Position numbers and translations under genes: made by a program. The notes under the pieces are model-generated. The model was given only the letters and a program-made list of their open reading frames with translations. It was not told the origin of the DNA and ran no database searches. Shown here in pieces: positions 1-13,363 of a stretch of 64,000 bases of DNA. The DNA comes from Octopus vulgaris (taxonomy: Eukaryota), in contig OX597833.1 in NCBI GenBank assembly GCA_951406725.2, positions 39,060,001 through 39,124,000 of the forward strand. The letters are read 5' to 3'. Position 1 is the first letter of the stretch, and each line of letters starts with the position of its first letter.

Positions 1-43
1 GATGATATATATATATATATATGTATACATTATTATTATTATC

Positions 44-256
44 AAGGCATTCAACTGGCAGAATCATTAGCATGCTGGACGAAGTGCATAGTGATATTTC
101 ACCTGTTGTTCTGAGTTCAAATTCTGCCAAGGTGGACTTTGCCTTTTGTCCTTTCAAGGTTGATAAATTAAGTACCAGTGAAACATTGGGGTCGATGTCC
201 TTGACTAGTCCCATCCTGCCAAATTTCAGGCCTTGTGCCTTTAGTAGAAAAGATTG
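44..256 (+). mobile_element. tRNA-derived SINE family A (Meta-like core), diverged copy
   Basis: A-box-like TGGCAGAATC, B-box GAGTTCAAATTC, then GACTTTGCCTTT...GATAAATTAAGTACCAGT core shared with many copies in this window; (TTA)n tail. Confidence 0.8.
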
Positions 257-285
257 TTATTATTATTATTATTATTATTAGACTG

Positions 286-595
286 GGGTAACTTCTCCAG
301 ATAATATAGAAGCAAAAAAACCTGTGGAAGACACACAAGATGTCAAAATATCATTCACTTGATGACAATGGCAAAAAAAGAAGAGTGCCATTGTCATCAA
401 GTGAACGATATTTCAATACGAGAATGGCACTATTCCTTTTTTTTTTTGCTTCTGTATCTTCTGGAGGAGTTACCTCAATCCTATAAATATTAACCAAAAT
501 GAAGTAGATTGACAAGTTTATTTTTTGAACCTGTGGAAGACACATGAGATATTGAAATATCGTTCACTTGATAACAATAGCACTCTTCTATTTTT
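286..595. repeat. Nested inverted-repeat (foldback/MITE-like) element
   Basis: Outer arms 286-320/441-477; inner 28-bp stem 346-373/386-413 (1 mismatch); third copy of the arm at about 530-595. Confidence 0.65.
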
Positions 596-649
596 GCTAT
601 TATCATTATTGTTGTTGTTGTTGTTGTTAGGACTGGCAAGTCAGAAGCC

Positions 650-725
650 TAGTGCAGCCTCCTGGCTTGCAGGTCCTCAGTCAAACTGTCCAACCCATGC
701 CAGCATGGAAAGTAGACGTTAAACG

Positions 726-726
<1 letters not shown>
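650..726 (+). mobile_element. RTE LINE extreme 3' tail fragment
   Basis: GTCCAACCCATGCCAGCATGGAAAGTAGACGTTAAACGAT matches the terminus of the RTE LINE at about 42400-42445; followed by (TTA)n. Confidence 0.75.
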
Positions 727-778
<52 letters not shown>

Positions 779-2397
779 TTAAAACAATTTGATTTGGCCT
801 CATGCAGCTAAAGTTAAATGCACACACATTTATAAATACATAGCTGTAATTGGATCAATCAAAGTAGATGACTACCATATGTAGGACTCAATACGAATTA
901 TGAGTGAAAAGTTTAATTATGTCTTTGTAAAAAAGTCTGTACTTTGATACATTGCTTTGCTATCCAATGGTTTTGTGTTTGATCTGTTGCATGATATACT
1001 GGACAAGTATCTTCTATAGCTTCAGGTTGACCAATGCTATGTGACTGAATTTGGTGAATAGAAACTACATGGAGACCTGTCATATAGACACACATATGCC
1101 CACACATATATGTGTGTATACACACGTGTGTTTATGAGTGTTGCCTTCCAAATGTCCTCTCATTGAAACTGCTTGAGCCGTGGCATGTTTGTTTATATCA
1201 CACATAAAGAGTACAGATGGTTGCAATCTCCATGATAGTAACTTCTGTTAATATTCCAGGAATGTTATGTATAAAGGTTACACATCTCTGAAGACTTGAC
1301 AATACATTTTGTATATGTAATTTACATTATACAACAAACAGTCATTATCAGTTAATAAAAAATACGTAAAATTGTAGCTAAATATTCTATATATAATCTC
1401 TTGTGTTTTGTTTTGTTTTTTACATGTACTCAGTGATATACCCAAATTTTGAATTCATACCAAATGATATGAGGACAATAGCATGAGCACAGTGCACATG
1501 AAATTCTATATATTGGTTATTCATCATGTAATTTAAATTTTAATTCACACTATACATACACTCACACACATACACACGTAAATATGTATATATACATATA
1601 CGCATATACACATATATATTAGGCATAAGGTCAGGAGGTATGAGATGTGAATATAGATTTATTTAACCATGTAACTTCTATAAGATTATGTGGGCTGATA
1701 ACCGAGTCCATAGGAGGGGCTTACTGTGATAGCTGCATGATTATCTGAATCCATATCTTTGACTCGTACTTGTTGACTCCAACTTATTCAATTATATATG
1801 CATGTATGTATGTATGAATGTAAGTATGTATGTATGTATGTATGTGTATACCATATCATATTTTATGACCATTTTTGTTGCACTTCCTCTCGGTCTATCA
1901 AACTATCTTCAAATTATAATAAACAAAACAAATGAAAATAACTAAAATGAGTCAATGGAACAAACTTCAATAAATAAGTTATGGAGTGATGTACTGAGCG
2001 CCATATTTAAAACATTCTTAATTAAATGAATTTTGCCACTTAGGTAGAAAACGAAAACAAAATTATTAATTTTTCATTACTTAAAAGTAAGAATTAATAA
2101 TTTTCTTCTTTTAAAATGCTCTTTCTTTAACAAAACAAGAAATTTCATTCAATTATGATTTTTTTGTTACATACAGTGTTGAGTACATCATGTTTTAATT
2201 TTTCTATTGAATTTCAATCATTGGTTCATTTAAGTTGTTTTCATTAGCTCATTTTATTTTTTCCTCTTTTGTCCTTTTCTTGTTTCAGTGATTGGATTGC
2301 AGCCATGCTGGGGAATCGCTTTGAAAGGTTTTAGTACAACAAATTGACACCAGTACTATTTATATTTTCTTAAAGACTATTATATATATATATATAT

Positions 2398-2639
2398 ATC
2401 ATCATCATCATCATCATTTAGCGTCCGCTTTCCATGCTAGCATGTGTTGGACGGTTCAACTGGGGTCTGTGAAGCCAGAAGGCTGCATCAGGCCCAGTCA
2501 GATCTGGCAGTGTTTCTATGGCTGGATGCCCTTGCTATCGCCAACCACTCCGTGAGTGTTGTGGGTGCTTTTTACGTGCCACCCGCACAGGTGCCAGACG
2601 GAGCTGGCAAACGGCCATGGACAGATGGTGCTTTTTACG

Positions 2640-2645
<6 letters not shown>
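2398..2645 (-). mobile_element. RTE LINE 3' tail copy inserted in (TA)n
   Basis: Reverse complement of 42240-42465; (CAT)n tail on the left, (TA)n on both flanks. Confidence 0.85.
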
Positions 2646-2676
<31 letters not shown>

Positions 2677-2678
<2 letters not shown>

Positions 2679-3533
2679 AGGGTTGGGCAAAATAATGGAA
2701 ACACCTAGCATCATAGCTTTTTATGCTTTTTGATTTATTATTAGTGTTGCTTAATATGTTTTGCTAAAATTGCTGTTTCTGATATCATCAGAAAAAGGTA
2801 ATTAAAATTCATTAAAATGACTGATCTATCGGACTTTCAAAGAGGTCAAATTGTTGGTGCTCATATGGCAGGCACTAGTGTAACGAAAACAGCCAAAATG
2901 TTTGGTGTATCAAGAAGTACTGTCTTCGAGAAAGGGAAAAACCTCCTAGTGGAAACAAAACTCCAGAAGAAAGCCCAAACTTTCAGATAGGGACCATCTG
3001 AATCGTATGTGAATTGTTAGAAAGGATCACAAAAGTACAGCTCCCAAAGTTACTGCAGAGCTTAATGACTACCTTGATAACCCAGTTTCTGCAAAACCAT
3101 TTACCAGGAGCTGCACAAAGCCAGATTTCACGGGAGGGCTGTAATCAGAAAACCACTACTTTCAAAAACAAACATTGCAAAGCATTTAGAGTGGAGTAAA
3201 ATCCTACAGAATAGGTCCCTAGAACAGTGGAAGAATTTATATGTGTGGAGACAGCATTTGACCCAGACTGCCTTCTTCCAACTGTTAAACATGGAGGAGG
3301 ATCTGTGATGATCTGGAGAGCTATATTTTGAAAATCTTCCAGCCCAATGGTTTCCCTTCATGGCAGAATTAATAGTCAAGACCATTTAAGTATTTTATCT
3401 GATCAAATTCATCCTATAGTTGCAGAACTGTTTCTGGAGTGAAACGCATTCTTTCAGGATGATAATGCACCAATTCACACAGCTAAAGTTGTTACTGAAT
3501 GGCACGAGGAACTTTCTAGTGAAGTTGAACATG
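2677..3533 (+). mobile_element. Tc1-like DNA transposon, internally deleted and degenerate
   Basis: TA then terminus CAAGGGTTGGGCAAAATAATGGAAACAC; from 2817 reads MTDLSDFQRGQIVGAHMAGTSVTKTAKMFGVSRSTV (paired-like HTH); FFQDDNAPIHTAKVVTEW near 3450-3500 (second catalytic Asp region); truncated by a SINE. Confidence 0.85.
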
Positions 3534-3720
3534 CCTAGCATGTTGAAAATGCCCAGCAGCATTTTCTCTGTCTTTACATTCTGAGTTCAAATTCAACCAG
3601 GAGCGACTTTGCCTCTCATCCTTTTGAGGTTGATAAGTAACAGTTGAACACTTGGGTTGATATCATCAACTTACCCCTTCCCCCAAAATTGCTGGCCTTG
3701 TGCCAAAATTTGAAACCAAT
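3534..3720 (+). mobile_element. SINE family A copy
   Basis: CTGAGTTCAAATTC...GACTTTGCCTCTCATCC core; tail GGCCTTGTGCCAAAATTTGAAACC. Confidence 0.75.
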
Positions 3721-4195
3721 GATCTCCCCTTTTCTTTCAGAGCTGCCAACAATTGCCACAAGGGTTTGTTTTCTTTCTCCAAGTAACTGGAAAATTATTT
3801 CAATTAAGAATATTTTTATTTACAGTATTCAATACCTCAACCCTTAACTAATTTCTACAAATTATTGGTTTCTCTAATTAATATTCATTAACTAATTTTT
3901 TCCTATCATTTTCCTCCTTTATTTATTTTGTTTTAATTCTCTCAGAATACTTGATTCTCTTTCAATTATTCTTCTTCATCCTCTCCCACCTCCTTCATCC
4001 TGGTTCATTACCTATTCTCTTCCTTTTGTCCTCTTCTTTCTTTCACTTCTTCCTGTCTGGTTTTTCTCTTCCTTTTTCTATGCCTTTCTTTCCTCAGTTT
4101 TCCTGTCTGCAAGTATTTTTTTTATACCTTTCCTCTCTGCTTGCCCCTCTTTCCTATTTACATCTATGTCAATATTGCCTCCATCTTTTTTTTCA

Positions 4196-4284
4196 TTCTT
4201 CTTCTTCTTCTTCTTCTTCTTCTTCTTCTTCTTCTTCTTCTTCTTCTTCTTCTTCTTCTCCTCCTCCTCCTCCTCCTCCTCCTC
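4196..4284. repeat. (CTT)n-(CCT)n microsatellite
   Basis: Direct reading; source of the poly-S/L/F/P/E ORFs. Confidence 0.95.
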
Positions 4285-4578
4285 CCCCCCTCCTCCCCAT
4301 CTCTATCTTCATTTTCTCACACTCTCTGTTTTCCCTTCCCCTCCTACTCTTCCTACTCTCCTTTCCTCTCCCCCTCCTCTCCCTGCTCCTTCTTCTCCTC
4401 CTCCTCCACACCCACATTACTACACCCAGACTCCCCTATCAGGATAATCAACCCCCACGCCACCCCACTGCCACAACAGACAACATGGACACTTGTCTTC
4501 TCATTCACTGTTCCTTAATTTACTGTCTGAAAGATGAGTGAATGGGGTGACTGGGTGAGTGGGTGGTGGACATGTAGC

Positions 4579-4634
<56 letters not shown>

Positions 4635-5274
4635 CAGTCAATATTAAAAAAACACACACTGAGTTTGAACTTACTGTGTGTATGTGAGTGTGGGAAGAGA
4701 GCAAATGTGTGTGTGTGTGTGTGTGTGAAGTGCACGTGTGTTTGTATTTTACGAATTAGATTTTTATTGTACCTTCCGCAAATGTATTGAAATTCTGTTT
4801 GGGGAATTAATCCCTGTAATCAAACTCTGGACTTTGTTGAAATTAAATAAATAAGGTAGTAACAACAACAACAACAACAATAATAATGATAATAATTCTG
4901 ATGATGATGATGATGGCAATGGTGATGAAGATGATGATGATGATGATGATGTTTGTTAATAACTTGGAGGAAAGAGATAATAATATAATAATAAAAAATA
5001 TATAAATATATATTTAAAATAAAAGAATTAAAGTGCAAAATAGAAGAGAAATAAAGAAAAGAAGAAGAGATTTTAATTTAGTCAATTAAATGAGTCAGCA
5101 ATATTAAATCAATGCTAGAATGCTGGAATTGTGGAATTGGCAAAAGAATTAAAATTCTAGTCTAAATATCTTGTCATTTGTACTCCCTTAAATTTTGCGA
5201 GTTTGAATTTAGTAAAGCAGGGTCTGATTTTTGTACTTTGTCCTTTGCCCCCATAATGTAGATTTAGTGGCATA

Positions 5275-5810
5275 GGTGTAGGAGTGGCTGTGTGGTAAGT
5301 AGCTTGCTTACCAACCATATGGTTTTGGGTTCAGTCCCACTGCATGTCACCTTGGGCAAGTGTCTTCTACTATAGCCTCAGGCCAACCAAAGCCTTGTGA
5401 GTGTATTTGGTAGATGGAAACTGAAAGAAGCCTGTTGTATATATAGCTTCGTCTGGTCCCCGTGCCGGTGGCACGTAAAAACCACCATCCGATCGTGGCC
5501 GTTTGCCAGCCTCGTCTGGCACCTGTGCCGGTGGCACATAAAAAGCACCCACTACACTCACAGAGTGGTTGGCGTTAGGAAGGACATCCAGCTGTAGAAA
5601 CACTGCCAGATCAGACTGGGCCTGGTGCAGCTTTCTGGCTTCCCAGACCCCAGTTGAACCGTCCAACCCATGCCAGCATGGAAAGCTGACGTTAAGCGAT
5701 GATGATGATGATGATGATATGTATATGTGTGTATACGTTTGTGTGTCTGTGTTTGTCTCCCCAACATCACTTGACAACCAATACTGGTGTGTTACATCCC
5801 CGTAACTTGA
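5275..5810 (+). mobile_element. SINE family B (tRNA head + CORE-like domain) interrupted by an RTE tail
   Basis: A-box TGGCTGTGTGG, B-box GGTTCAGTCCC, CORE-like CACCTTGGGCAAGTGTCTTCTACTATAGCCTC; RTE tail at about 5445-5718; SINE resumes CCCAACATCACTTGACAACC. Confidence 0.8.
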
Positions 5811-6312
5811 TTGATTGATTGATTTATGTGTTTTATTTATTATTTTGCACATTACTTAAATCATTGGTATATGTTTTATCTTATATTTAATCTTTCTATA
5901 AGATGTAATTTTTCTAAATGGTATAATTTAATTTTTCATTATTGAATTGATAAAAGGTGTTTTTTTTCTAATATATATATGTAGGTATGTAAATGTATAT
6001 ATGTATATATATCGGTCCAGGAATCGAAACAACAACCTTATGATCATGAGTTCAACATCCTAACCACTAAGCCACACACCTCCACACATACACACATGCA
6101 TGTACACATGCATATATGCATTTATGTATCTCATTAGCAGCTAATATCTTACCAGATATATCCTTGTTTGAGATTTAATATGATGCCTCCTTGCATGTTG
6201 CAAAAGGGTCGATGAAAGGAAGGGCATCTTGCTATAAAAATACTGCCTCTGAAAATCTTCCCAACTCATGCCAGCATGGAAAAACAGACTTAAAATACTG
6301 CTGATAATAACT

Positions 6313-6525
6313 GATTTCAAACTTTCAGAAAAGGCCAGCAATTTTTGAAGGAAGTGGTAAGTTGATTAGATTGAAACCAGTACTTAACTGGTATTTATTT
6401 TATTGACCCTGAAAGGATGAAAGGCAAAGTTGACTCTAGTAGAATTTGAACTCAGATTGTAAAAATGCATGAAATTCTGCGAAGCATTTGCCTGGCATGC
6501 TGACAATTCCACCAGCTCACTACTT
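6313..6525 (-). mobile_element. SINE family A copy
   Basis: GAAAGGATGAAAGGCAAAGTTGAC...GAATTTGAACTCAG is the reverse complement of the family core. Confidence 0.8.
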
Positions 6526-6939
6526 TGGTACTACTGATAATAACTACCAGCTAATTTCATGATTGCTACTTTTTGTCATCCAATTAGTTTTGATTGATTG
6601 TCATTCATTGACATACACTTCATGTCACATTGTGAATTATCACAAATATACCATATGTATAGCACTTTCCAACAAATATAACCAGGGTGTAATTAAAACA
6701 CTTTACTGTTAGTATCTCTTATTCTTTTGTTTTAGAATGCATATCTTGGCATCCAGCCATGATTGTTCAATTATTTCCATGTTTGCTTCTGTCACTGGTT
6801 TCACATAATGTTCTTAATGGTCCACTATTAAATGCACATAACCAATGGCATTTAGATTCCCATACACAGGTCATTCACCTAAATGAGTCATCGAACTAGT
6901 CTCTCAGTCATGCTGAATGATGGAGAATTTAATGTTTCT

Positions 6940-8090
6940 TAGAGGTAATATTTATTCTCATTTAAACATGGTTGTTCTGTTAGAATAAACTATACTATGA
7001 TAGACACCATGAGAGAAACTACCATAATAACTTTTTATCCAAAATGCACTCTAGTTTATAGTGCTAGTGGGGAGGTTAACCTCTACCATCTCCAGCACTG
7101 AGACCACCGGATCACATGATTTCAAACTTCTTTGGTTTTGTCAATGATGGACACTTGACCACTAAAGATAGCAGGATCCATTTATGTGATATAAACAAGA
7201 AGGCATTTTGCACCAAAAGCCAATGTGTGAGTTTCTCTCATGGTATCTACTGCAGTACAGCTTTTTCTAACAGAACATCCATGTTTAAGTAGGGATAAAT
7301 ATTACTTCTTGGTAATATTACTCTGTTGCTAATATATATATTTTTAACATGCTCACTGGCTAATTGTGACACCAGCACCTGTCCTGGCACTGTCAATCTA
7401 TATATCGCTGGTGGGGAGATGAATCACTGCTGTCTCTAGTAGTCTGGTGTTCATCATTGACAAAACCAAACAAGGTCAAAATCATGTGATCTGGTGGTCT
7501 CAGCACTGTAGGTGGTAAGGATTTATCTCCTTGCTAGAGTGTATTTTGCACCAAAAGCCAATATCGAGTTTCTCTCATGGTATCTTATTTCTTTATTGCC
7601 CACAAGGGGCTAAACATAGAGGGGACAAACAAGGACAGACAAAGGGATTAAGTTGATTACATAGACACCAGTGCATAACTGGTACTTAATTTATCGACCC
7701 CGAAAGGATGAAAGGCAAAGTCGACCTCGGTGGAATTTGAACTCAGAACGTAGCGGCAGATGAAATACCTATCTCTTTACTACTCACAAGGGGCTAAACA
7801 CAGCACAAGGGGCTAAACACAGAGAGGACAGACAAACGGATTAAGTCGATTGTATTGACCCCAGTGCATAACTGGTACTTAATTTATCAACCCTGAAAGG
7901 ATGAAAGGCAAAGTCGACCTCGGCGGAATTTGAACTTAGAATGTAACAGCAGAGGAAATACCGCTAAGCATTTTGCCCGGCATGCTAATGATTCTGCCAG
8001 CTTGCTGCCTTATGGTATCTACTGCAATATAGTTAGTTTGTTCTAACAGAACATCCATGTATAAGTAGGGATAAATATTACCACTTGATA
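6940..8090. mobile_element. Long-inverted-repeat non-autonomous DNA element(s), one copy split by a SINE dimer
   Basis: Arm 6940-7020 is inverted at 7229-7310 and again at 7566-7585 plus 8012-8088; interior 7060-7170 is inverted at 7410-7540. Confidence 0.6.
7586..8011 (-). mobile_element. SINE family A dimer with 9-bp TSD
   Basis: Two tandem units; TSD ATGGTATCT at 7577-7585 and 8012-8020. Confidence 0.9.
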
Positions 8091-9034
8091 TTAATACTGC
8101 TTCTGTCACTAATATACAATTGCTATGTCATTGAGCATAAGAATACTGACAGTAAGAGCCTTGTTTGAGACCTAAAAGACCCAAAATTAATCAATTCTAG
8201 GTCAGTGGTTCCTGTTGTTTTGTGCAACTGTATGATTACTTTCTTCAGAGAAAACAATGCAGAAAATGGTCACCATTTAGCATTAACTATGATTTTGTTT
8301 GTGCTGACCAGTAGATCTTACTTCATCAATTTGGTGTTAACTTCTGTGCCAGCCGTCTTACTACATGCATGTTAAAAACCAAAGACTCCATGCTCCTGTC
8401 AGTTCATTCATTCCATTATTGTATCAAATTTTCTGTTATAGTCACCGCTGCATTTGTGGATATATTTTTAGTACAAATCCAGTTAACACTTTAATATATT
8501 GTTGATATCCTTTTAATAGAAGAATCCATTTCCCTTAAAAGGACAATACAAACTTGTGAGCTGTTTCCTATTTAGATGTATGTATGTATATAGATTGTAT
8601 GAATGTATGAAAGAAAGAAAAGGAGAGGAGTTACATTTCAATAGAATATATTGCAATGTAACTCTATATAAGCGATCTGGTAGCAGTTTTGGTGTCACTG
8701 ATTTGAAATCATCGATTCTACACTGATTTGTTTGACATCAGGCATTTTATCCTCAGGACCTTTCAGCACTGAAAATTTTATTTTTGTTCAGTTAGCCAAC
8801 TAACCTGCAATCACCATTACTAAATTACTCAGCTCCTAAACTTTGTTTAACTTTCTGTTTCACTTTCGGTATAATATAATGGCTGGTGAAATATTGACAA
8901 AACATGATTTAAAAAAAGTTTTCTCACAATAGATTTGTGCCAGTCTTTGACTAAGTAGAACTAAAAGCAAATCAAAATTTTTGTGCTCACAGCACAAAAA
9001 TCAGATTGGGAGAAAGAGAAAGAGAGAAAAATAT

Positions 9035-9253
9035 TGATTTCAAATTTTGGCACAAAGCCAGCAATTTCATGGAAGTGGGTAAGTCTGTTTCATCAACTCC
9101 AGTGCTCAACTGGTACTTATTTTATTGACCCCCCCCACCAAAAGGAGAAAAGGCAAAGTTGACCCTGGTGGCATTTGAATTCAAAACATAAAGGTGGAAA
9201 AATACTGCTAAGCATTTTGCACTGTGTTAATGATAATGCCAGCTCATCACCTT
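9035..9253 (-). mobile_element. SINE family A copy
   Basis: Reverse complement of the family core and tail. Confidence 0.75.
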
Positions 9254-9495
9254 AAGAGAGAAAAATATTAAGATGTATGAAATGGCCCCAGTTACTACAA
9301 ACACATTTCTTTCTCTTTCCTTCCTTCCTTCTTTCTTTCCTTCTTTCTTTCTTTCCTTCTTTCTTTCCTTCTTTCCTTCCTTCTTTCCTTCTTTCTTTCC
9401 TTCCTTCCTTCCTTCCTTTCTTTAGTCTAAATGTGCATGTTTGTCTATCTTTATATGTATGTAAAGAGGGGATGCATTTGTAGCTCTGCATGAAT

Positions 9496-9526
<31 letters not shown>

Positions 9527-9877
9527 AGTATTTGCTTCCAATGCCAAAAAGTACCGACACCAAAAAAAGAAAAAAAAAAACATTACCACAACAGGTCGAA
9601 TGTTCATGCAGCCATGCCAAATTGCCAGCACCTATACAGCTGTTCCTATTTGTCTCATACTGCACATTTCTACTCACCACTTCCATTACATTGTTCTTTC
9701 TTACATAATTCTGCTGCATCAGTGACAAAAGCTTTGCTTCTTGTGGTGCATTCAAAACATTGCTTTGATGTAAAAGTGCAACTATGGTTTCTTCTATCAA
9801 TATGATATTTGTGAAGAAATCTTTTAACAACATGTTATGACTGATATCCTTTACTTGGACTTTAGGGGTATACACTT

Positions 9878-10294
9878 TACTCTCTTTTACTCTTTTACTT
9901 GTTTCAGTCATTTGACTGCGGCCATGCTGGAGCACCACCTTTAATCGAGCAACTCGACCCCGGGACTTATTCTTTTGTAAGCCCAGTACTTATTCTATCG
10001 GTCTCTTTTGCCGAACCGTTAAGTAACGGGGACATAAACACACGAGCATCAGTTGTCAAGCGATGTTGGCGGGACAAACACAGACACACAAACACACACA
10101 CGCATATATATATACATATATACATATATACGATGGGCTTCTTTCTGTTTCCTTCTACCAAATCCACTCACAAGGCTTTGGTTGGCCTGAGGCTATAGTA
10201 GAAGACACTTGCCCAAGGTGCCATGCAGTGGGACTGAACCCAGAACCATGTGGTTGGTAAACAAGCTACTTACCACACAGCCACTCCTGCGCCT
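9878..10294 (-). mobile_element. SINE family B, full-length well-preserved copy
   Basis: tRNA-like head at 10294-10235, CORE-like block, internal TA/TG microsatellite, 3' module ending GACTGAAACAA plus (GTAAAAGA)n tail. Confidence 0.88.
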
Positions 10295-10797
10295 ATTAAT
10301 TTTAGTAATATATATCATGGGATTTCTTCCTCACTTCCATCTGAGTAAAACGTAAGTGAAAGTAGATGCAAGTACATTTCATAATTTCCCTACTTTCATT
10401 TGGTTGTACTTTTAATTTACTTTACTCATGTTTTCACATTCACTTTAATTCTATACTACTGAGGTAGATTGAATGATGTAGTAGCACCAATTTGCTTGGA
10501 AATTCTGGGTTTTAGCCCCAAAACACAGCACAGTGTTGGTGCTGGGGTACATAATTTAGACCATTTGGTCAACGGTTTGGCACACTTTCAGCTTATTGCC
10601 AATTCAATGGCAATCTTTTGCCTCACCTTCTTAGCTGTTTTGATTTTGCACACATACTAAAGATGGTACTCCACTATGGCCTTAGTCAGCATGAGTAAAA
10701 TAAGCTAAAGAACAAGAAGAGATAATAGCATATGAATGTCCATCTCTATCTCTCTCCCCCTCTCACTCTTTCTCTCTCTCGCTCTCTCTCTCTCTCC

Positions 10798-10830
<33 letters not shown>

Positions 10831-11569
10831 CATGTATATACACACACACATACACATACAAACGCCAACCACAGATACATACTTGCAAATACATATATAG
10901 AATTTATACAGAAACAGCTTTAAAATCATACACACTTACACACAAAAAACATTCAATGATTTGCAGACTCATATATATGTATCCACCAAGATATACACTC
11001 AGAGATAAAACAAATACACTTTATGTATACATACATATATAGATACATGCATATATACATATACATACATACATTTATACATGTACACAAAGACATCAAG
11101 TAATGATATACAGTTAATCACACACAGGCACACATCTGCACATCAAATCTTCTCAAACAATATTCCAAGAAACTACATAAATAAATGCAAAACATGTCAT
11201 TATTAGCATTAGTAAAATTTACTTCAATCAAATTTTTTTGTTGTCTCTAACCCTGTCTCCATTTCTGTTTTTTTTTCCCTCTTCTCAACATCTCAAATCA
11301 CTTGCTATTGTTCAGTCGACATCGGCTGCCATGTTTTATTTTGTTTCCTTTTCTCTGCTTGAATACATTTGTCAAAGATAAAGCTGAAGAAAATGAAATA
11401 AAAAGAAAGAAAATGGAAGAAAGGCCTTTTGCTTATCAGGCTTTCCTGTTAACTTGAAATAATCCCATCTAATATGATATTATTACAATTTTACTTCGTC
11501 CATGAAAGACTAGTAATTTCGTTAATTAATGAAATATAAATATGTGTGTAATACAAATGATTTTATTTC

Positions 11570-11689
11570 CTATATGTATGCATGAGTATTAGTGTGTGTG
11601 TATGCATAGGTGTGTGTGTGTGTGCATGCATATGTGTGTTTATGTCTATGTATATATGTGAATATGTTTGAAAATGTATGTGTGCGTAC

Positions 11690-11772
<83 letters not shown>

Positions 11773-11895
11773 TTTATGTATATGTATATATATATATGCA
11801 CACACATATTTTTCACATTTATGTGATACATATATACACAAAGATACACATATGCATACATACATGGGTATATGTATGTATATGTACATTATTTC

Positions 11896-11938
<43 letters not shown>

Positions 11939-11975
11939 CTGTGTGTATGTATGTGTGTGCATGTGGGTGTATGTT
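11570..11975. repeat. (TA)n/(TG)n compound microsatellite
   Basis: Direct reading. Confidence 0.95.
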
Positions 11976-12134
11976 TTGCTTCTTCATTTTAATTTCTTCT
12001 TGTGTTCTTTTTGTTATATATATATTTTGAGTTTTTTTCTTTAGAATTTTTTCTTTTTCAAATTATTTCTTTCTGTCATGATCATATCACCATCACTAGT
12101 GTACCATGACAATCCACATGATGAGGATAGTGAT

Positions 12135-12174
12135 ACATCATCATCATCATCCTCGTCATCATCAACATCATCAT

Positions 12175-12206
<32 letters not shown>

Positions 12207-12662
12207 TGTTATTGTCATTGTCATATTGACGTTATCAGCATCCTTCAATAGTAGAAAAAAGTCTCATTAACATCTTGACCAAAAATATCCTCCCCCCTCT
12301 TCCTCCACCACCATCAACAGTAGAAAGAAATGTCTCTACCATCATCATCATCATCATTTTCATTGGCACCATCGTCATCATCATTGTCATCACTGCTGTC
12401 ATCATCTTTATCATCATCATCATCATCATTGTCATTGTTAACAATGCTATCATCATTGTTACCATCATAATCATCATCATCATCAGTGTCATTGTCAGCA
12501 ATGCTGTCATTATTGTCACCATCATCATCATTGTTATTGGCACCATCATCCTCATCCTCATCATCATTGTCATTGTCATTGTCATCGCCACCATTATCAT
12601 CATTATCATCATTGCTGCTGTCAGTGTTGTCATCATCATTATTATGGTCATTGCCATCATTA
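12135..12662. repeat. Degenerate (CAT)n trinucleotide tract
   Basis: CAT/CGT/TGT triplets; explains the Met-, Asp-, Ile- and Ser-rich ORFs. Confidence 0.9.
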
Positions 12663-12702
12663 GTGATTTGCATTCCATTTTCTTATCTCTTTTGTAACAT
12701 AT

Positions 12703-12987
12703 CGTTATATCCTTACACCTCCAACATCGTAGTACAGTTGATATTGTTGACGGTAGATAAAGAAGATACTGTAACAGTGTTATAACAATACAAAATAGAA
12801 ACAGTGGCAGAACCAACAATCTTTTACAAACCACCATTCAAAATTTCCAACACACTAACTCAAACTGTAACCTGTACCTGGACTTCAAAGACCAGACTAT
12901 GAACTGCTGACTATGTCAGACTGCCACTATTTATATGTAGTGGTCTCATCTATTCTTGTCAGAGGGTATTGTATTCTTACCATAACA
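12703..12987 (-). repeat. Gypsy 3' LTR
   Basis: Begins TGTTATGG on the minus strand right after the PPT; clearly homologous to 17271-17553 with many substitutions. Confidence 0.9.
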
Positions 12988-13363
12988 TCTCCCCTTTTGA
13001 GATTTCGAGTTCTGGAGGAATGAAGAAATTTTATTTAACATTATTATTTTTTAATATCTTTTTTGCTTGGGCCTTATCTCAAGGTGTTTGGTTTGCTTCT
13101 GGTTTCTCACGCTGGTTACTTTCAGAGCTGGGACACCGAATATATCAAAAAATACTTCCATAGGAATTTCTCTCTGTTCTTTGGTATATCTCTTCTTCAG
13201 CTGATTTATGTGTTTCTTATCTTCCCAGTGTGGCCCTTTAATTAGATACATCATACTTCCCAGCCATCTTTACCATTTCTGCAGGTTTTAAAATGCACTT
13301 TATCTCCTACTTCAAAATATTTCATTACATCTTTTGTATTTCCTTTACATCTTTTTTTCTCTA

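Noticed and set aside
9540-9875. Possible transposase N-terminal remnant within the 228-aa ORF
   Set aside because: The ORF is stitched from a SINE tail, unique sequence and microsatellites; no diagnostic motif or TIR found
11310-11345. Minus-strand AAAACATGGCAGCC, YY1/start-codon-like motif
   Set aside because: The frame stops after six codons and there is no other promoter evidence
12235-12837. Met-rich/Asp-rich ORFs (reflectin-like or acidic biomineral-like)
   Set aside because: Degenerate (CAT)n tract open in several frames; no reflectin motif; the ORF runs out of a Gypsy LTR
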